In this document: piece by piece, positions 59,956 to 64,000 of the stretch
Layout of the letters: every line of letters starts with the position of its first letter
How positions within the stretch are numbered: the first letter of the stretch is position 1
DNA from: Selaginella moellendorffii
Lineage: Eukaryota > Plantae > Lycopodiophyta
Assembly (NCBI RefSeq): GCF_000143415.4
Contig: NW_003314389.1
Span: 75,135-139,134 of the forward strand
Direction: 5' to 3'
DNA length: 64,000 nt
Position numbers and translations under genes: made by a program
Notes under the pieces: model-generated
Seen by the model: the letters and a program-made list of their open reading frames with translations, nothing else
Databases searched by the model: none
Told to the model about the DNA's origin: nothing

Positions 59956-62004
59956 AGTGGAATGAGGAGATTTATAAATAAAAGTTTGTTTAGAAATTAC
60001 AGATTGTGCATGTTATTAGCTTCTATGCACTATTTGGCAGAAAAAAAAGGTAACACTACATTTAATAGAGTATGCATGACTGTAAGCTTTTAATTTTGTT
60101 GATGTTTCTTGTAAAAAACTTTATAAATTGAGCTAAAGGACAAAAGAAAATGTAATTAAAAATAAAGATATTACATAAACAATCAAAAATAAAAAAAAAT
60201 ATTTTAGAAGAAACTAAATTTTCTTTTNNNNNNNNNNNNNNNNNNNNNNNNNNNNNNNNNNNNNNNNNNNNNNNNNNNNNNNNNNNNNNNNNNNNNNNNN
60301 NNNNNNNNNNNNNNNNNNNNNNNNNNNNNNNNNNNNNNNNNNNNNNNNNNNNNNNNNNNNNNNNNNNNNNNNNNNNNNNNNNNNNNNNNNNNNNNNNNNN
60401 NNNNNNNNNNNNNNNNNNNNNNNNNNNNNNNNNNNNNNNNNNNNNNNNNNNNNNNNNNNNNNNNNNNNNNNNNNNNNNNNNNNNNNNNNNNNNNNNNNNN
60501 NNNNNNNNNNNNNNNNNNNNNNNNNNNNNNNNNNNNNNNNNNNNNNNNNNNNNNNNNNNNNNNNNNNNNNNNNNNNNNNNNNNNNNNNNNNNNNNNNNNN
60601 NNNNNNNNNNNNNNTCGAGTTGTTCCCTGTATTATAGAATTAAAAATGAACAATTTTAGAATGGATTAGCAATGGGTTTAAAGAAGATAGCAGAAAAAGA
60701 GATGCTGAGCTCTTGATAAAGAAGAGATTGAGCTTGCAATCTTGATAAGCAGGATTGAACCACTTACACAGATATCCCAAGAAAACAAAAGTCATGATGT
60801 AGCACACTATGGACACAGCAAGCAAGGCATTATACCTGTGAAGTGTGCATCTTGTTCTATGTATAAAAGGTAAAGAAACGAGGAAGAACATTACCAGAAC
60901 TGACTCTCTTTGGCAATCCATGCAGCATTCCAGTTGTATGTCGAGAGTCTTCCTGCCAGAAGAACAAAGAAACTATGGTTATAAATCCAAGAGAAAAGCA
61001 CTAGATTTACTGTCAGCATCCACAATGTCATTGGGAAGAAGGATGTGGCAAAGCACAGTGAGACCAGACCAGACGATAAGAGCTTGATCATTCAGTTGCC
61101 ACGATGCCAAGAGTCCCTGTGATTGCTTTGGTACTTCCCAAAGCTCATGTATAGAACAGCTTGTGTGCCAAACAAATCCTTGCCAGGCGAGTAAGGGAAG
61201 TGATTAATCCCTGGTCCAAGCAAAAAAAAAGCGAGCAATACTGAGACGCGTTCCAGCATGACTTTAAAGCAAAAGGAAGAGTCTGGGCTAGATCGACACA
61301 CTGACCATGATCATCGTGGCTGCTGCTGCACAAGAACTTACACGGGATTTTCTCACGTGAGGTCATGCAGCATCCATGTGAGCAGCAAAGAGAGTGCGAA
61401 GAGGCTGCAATACCCGATTCTTTCCAATCAGCAAGAGATGCTGCTCGCTAATCCCTCACAAGCCTGGCAAGCGTAAGCCGTGCAGCCGGACGCTAGACAA
61501 AATGTCGCCCACATCATCGGATGCTCGCTGGATCAAGAAGCAAAACCTTAGAATTTGATTACATTGTCCCTCGCTTTAGATATTTTTTTTGAACACTAAT
61601 GCCATGTTGTTCTGTTGTAGATTTTCTATCGTTACAGAACTGAAAGGCAGAGAGTTTATGGTTGCAGTATTCTTGCAGTGATCTGGGTGGGATAAAATCC
61701 TAAATTTTGTGTTGTATAGCTGTTTTACAGTTTTGGAGCCGATTGAAATATCCAGTGTTTGCTCGAAATTTCCCAGCAAGGAGCGCACTGGCAATGCAGC
61801 AGCTTTGTGCACTGGCGCTCTCAAGTTATCGTCACTGACTAATATGAACGTGACTGGCCGCTCAATCGATCAGATGCCATATCTGAGCGCCAATGCCATA
61901 CCATTTTAAGGTTTCTTTTTCCTCCAAGTTGTCCAGATAGCCAGCTGAGTAAATCCCAGGCTGTTCACTGGGAATCCACAGCAGCGTGGCAGTCACTGTC
62001 CTGA

Positions 62005-62952
62005 CATTCTCGAGTTTTCTCAAAAAGTGGTACCATGAGACGGTGCTCAAGCCGGGACAGCCTCCACTTCCACCGGGATCTTTGGCAACGTGGCTTCTTT
62101 TCTCAGAGGCTTCAAGTCTGGAAGACCGACTACATTGCAGTTGAGTGATCTTGTACTTTCTTTCGCTTGTTTAACTGTCACTTTTTCTTGGTTTCAGGTA
62201 TAATCGAGTGGGTTTTACAAGGCGTTTCTGTTCTGGCAGCATGCAAATTTGTAAAGACAGCTTTGAGACAGGATGGCCGGAGAGCACTGTTGTGCTCATT
62301 GGACGAAATTTGTTTGCAGGGTTAACTGGAAAGAGCCACTTGAAGCTCCAAGCCCGCTGTGAACAATCCCAAAGCTCTCAAGCAGTATGTGCCCCTCATC
62401 GTCAACAACATAAAAGCGTCCCTTGTGAGGTGGTCTACGCAGGATAAGATCGTTCTTCTAACCGGTAAGCAATTGTCTTAGTTTTCTTATTGACACGGGT
62501 TTTTTCTGATATGACAGTTCACGTTTCTAACTGTCCTCTACATTTTATATGGGAAAGACTCCAGTCTCGACATGGAAGAGACTTTCTCCTTCTACTACAT
62601 TGTCAACCAAGGCATTCAGGCCCTCCCCATCAACTTCCTCGGCACTGCCTACAACAAAGCCATATGCATTGTACATAGCTTTGTGATGTTTTTTCATTTT
62701 CAGGCCGAAGCAAAAGCTCATCAAGCTTATCCAGGACGTGATCAACCAGCGCTTCTGGAAAGCCGCAGGAAACAAGCATTCTTTCGTTGCTCATGGATCA
62801 GCTGGATGACAAAAAAGAGGTGCTGGAAGACGCTCATATCATAGACATGCTCAACATGTACATGAACGCTGGTCAAGACTCAACGGTGCATGTCATCATG
62901 TGGCTGATGATTTCCTAAAGAAAAATCCATGATGTGCTTGAGAAAGTGAAGA
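62005..62952 (+). pseudogene. CYP88/KAO-like P450 fragment, copy B
   Basis: KKWYHETVLKPGQPPLPPG, FETGWPESTVVLIGRN, VNQGIQALPINFLGTAYNKA and IIDMLNMYMNAGQDS. Confidence 0.87.
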
Positions 62953-64000
62953 TAAACATTTCCAATTTCACACAAACTTTCCTTCATACAAAATTTCTTC
63001 TTTAGGCCACATCCAGACTATTCTGTAAGAGTTTCAAAACTTCTGTAATTCCCAAAGAACAAAGTATTCTACTGAATTGTACCTCATACAAGATGATATG
63101 CTATGTATTCTCATGCCTCCACTGTTCTTATCCATCTCTGTCGCTTCTGTATTTTGAAGGAAACACTATTTATAAAAACTCTGCATTTATGGTTACCCTT
63201 TTCTCCAATGGACCTAATGACGACATGTTCGAGTCAAACTGGTAGGTATTCTTAAAGAACCATAGAACTGAACACCATCTCTTTAAGGGCAGTTTATGAG
63301 GTGCTTGTGAGGCTCTAAAGTGTTAACCTCCTCTGGATATCTTTCAATAACAAGAAAAAACCTTTAAACTATGAAAGGTACATTTTCACTGCTTCTTTCA
63401 TGTTTTATGGAGTCAAGTTACAGCTTCTGGAATTCTATGAGCAGCATCTAAGGAATGTCTAGGGAATGAGAAATAGTAAGGTGTAGTATGATATTTTCTT
63501 GTTCTAATAAATAGTTAAATAGGAGTACATTTGTAGCCTTTGTGGCTTTTCTTGACTACAAAACAATGCTTACAAAGTCAGAATGACACAAGCAGAGATT
63601 TCATAAAAAAAAAGTCAGTCTCTTGCCATTTCACTCTCAAACAATGAAAGCAAATAATGAATCACCCAAGACAAAATGTGGAAGAAGAATAGAATTGGAT
63701 TCATCACCTTTGCAAATACCCAGACAGACACATATCCTTGCAAGAGGAAGAGATCTAACATCAGTTGCATTGCCTGACACTAGATTCAGGAGCTTCCTTA
63801 GAGTGGCTTGTGGTGGCAGGGAGCATAGAAACATGAGTTCGAGCCACAAAGGTCACCATTTCAATCTTATTATCAATTCTTAACAAATGTGTTACAATCC
63901 ACCGCTACAAAAACTAACATCGTAAATTCGTGCAAATAATGGTATCCTAGGATCACAATCTCCATATTTCAATAGTCCAAGCTAACACATTATTGCAAAT

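Larger units (their letters stand above)
57557..64000 (+). mobile_element. Non-autonomous Helitron 3 (runs off the window); about 58440-64000 duplicates about 49255-54860
   Basis: Starts TCAAACTCTTTATTTAAAG directly after CTAG; the first 60 or so bases resemble the Helitron 1 5' end (ggcatc(c)ggcgtc..tattccatttttagaatat); same cargo order as Helitron 2. Confidence 0.8.

Noticed and set aside
48695-60653. ORFs containing long X runs
   Set aside because: Artefacts of the N gaps at 48783-49252, 52141-52521, 53898-53997 and 60228-60614. Comparison with the duplicate suggests the 100-N gap hides only a few bases.
39118-64000. Metabolic gene cluster (P450, SDR, ALDH, peroxidase, GHR)
   Set aside because: All are partial, carry stops or frameshifts, and lie within Helitron termini; none can encode a full enzyme.

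Overview
Plant nuclear, transposon-dominated DNA with no intact host gene. Very short (about 50-70 bp) GT-AG introns and an ALDH21-like fragment suggest a lycophyte such as Selaginella; this is an inference. Positions 1-35.3 kb are a nest of LTR retroelements: a small TRIM; a dead chromodomain-bearing Ty3/gypsy element carrying a four-LTR tandem array and a solo LTR of a 5S-rRNA-bearing Cassandra TRIM; a large apparently non-coding LTR element (LARD-like, about 1.7-1.9 kb LTRs with an internal minisatellite) that repeatedly sits inside its own copies; and a young 5.8 kb gag-only element (tRNA-Arg primer site, extra upstream ORF, Q/N/Y-rich Gag tail). Positions 39.1-64 kb are three head-to-tail non-autonomous Helitrons (TC...hairpin-CTAG) carrying intron-containing host gene fragments: class III peroxidase, FGAM synthase, TIC32-like SDR, ALDH, Kelch, DnaJ/thioredoxin-like, glutathionyl-hydroquinone reductase and CYP88/KAO-like P450. 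The most notable observation is that the whole Cassandra internal domain, its PPT and the start of its LTR are collinear with the post-PBS leader of the large non-coding element, which also has tRNA T-arm/B-box hairpins. Five N-gaps limit certainty. All homology calls are from motif recognition by eye, not database searches.
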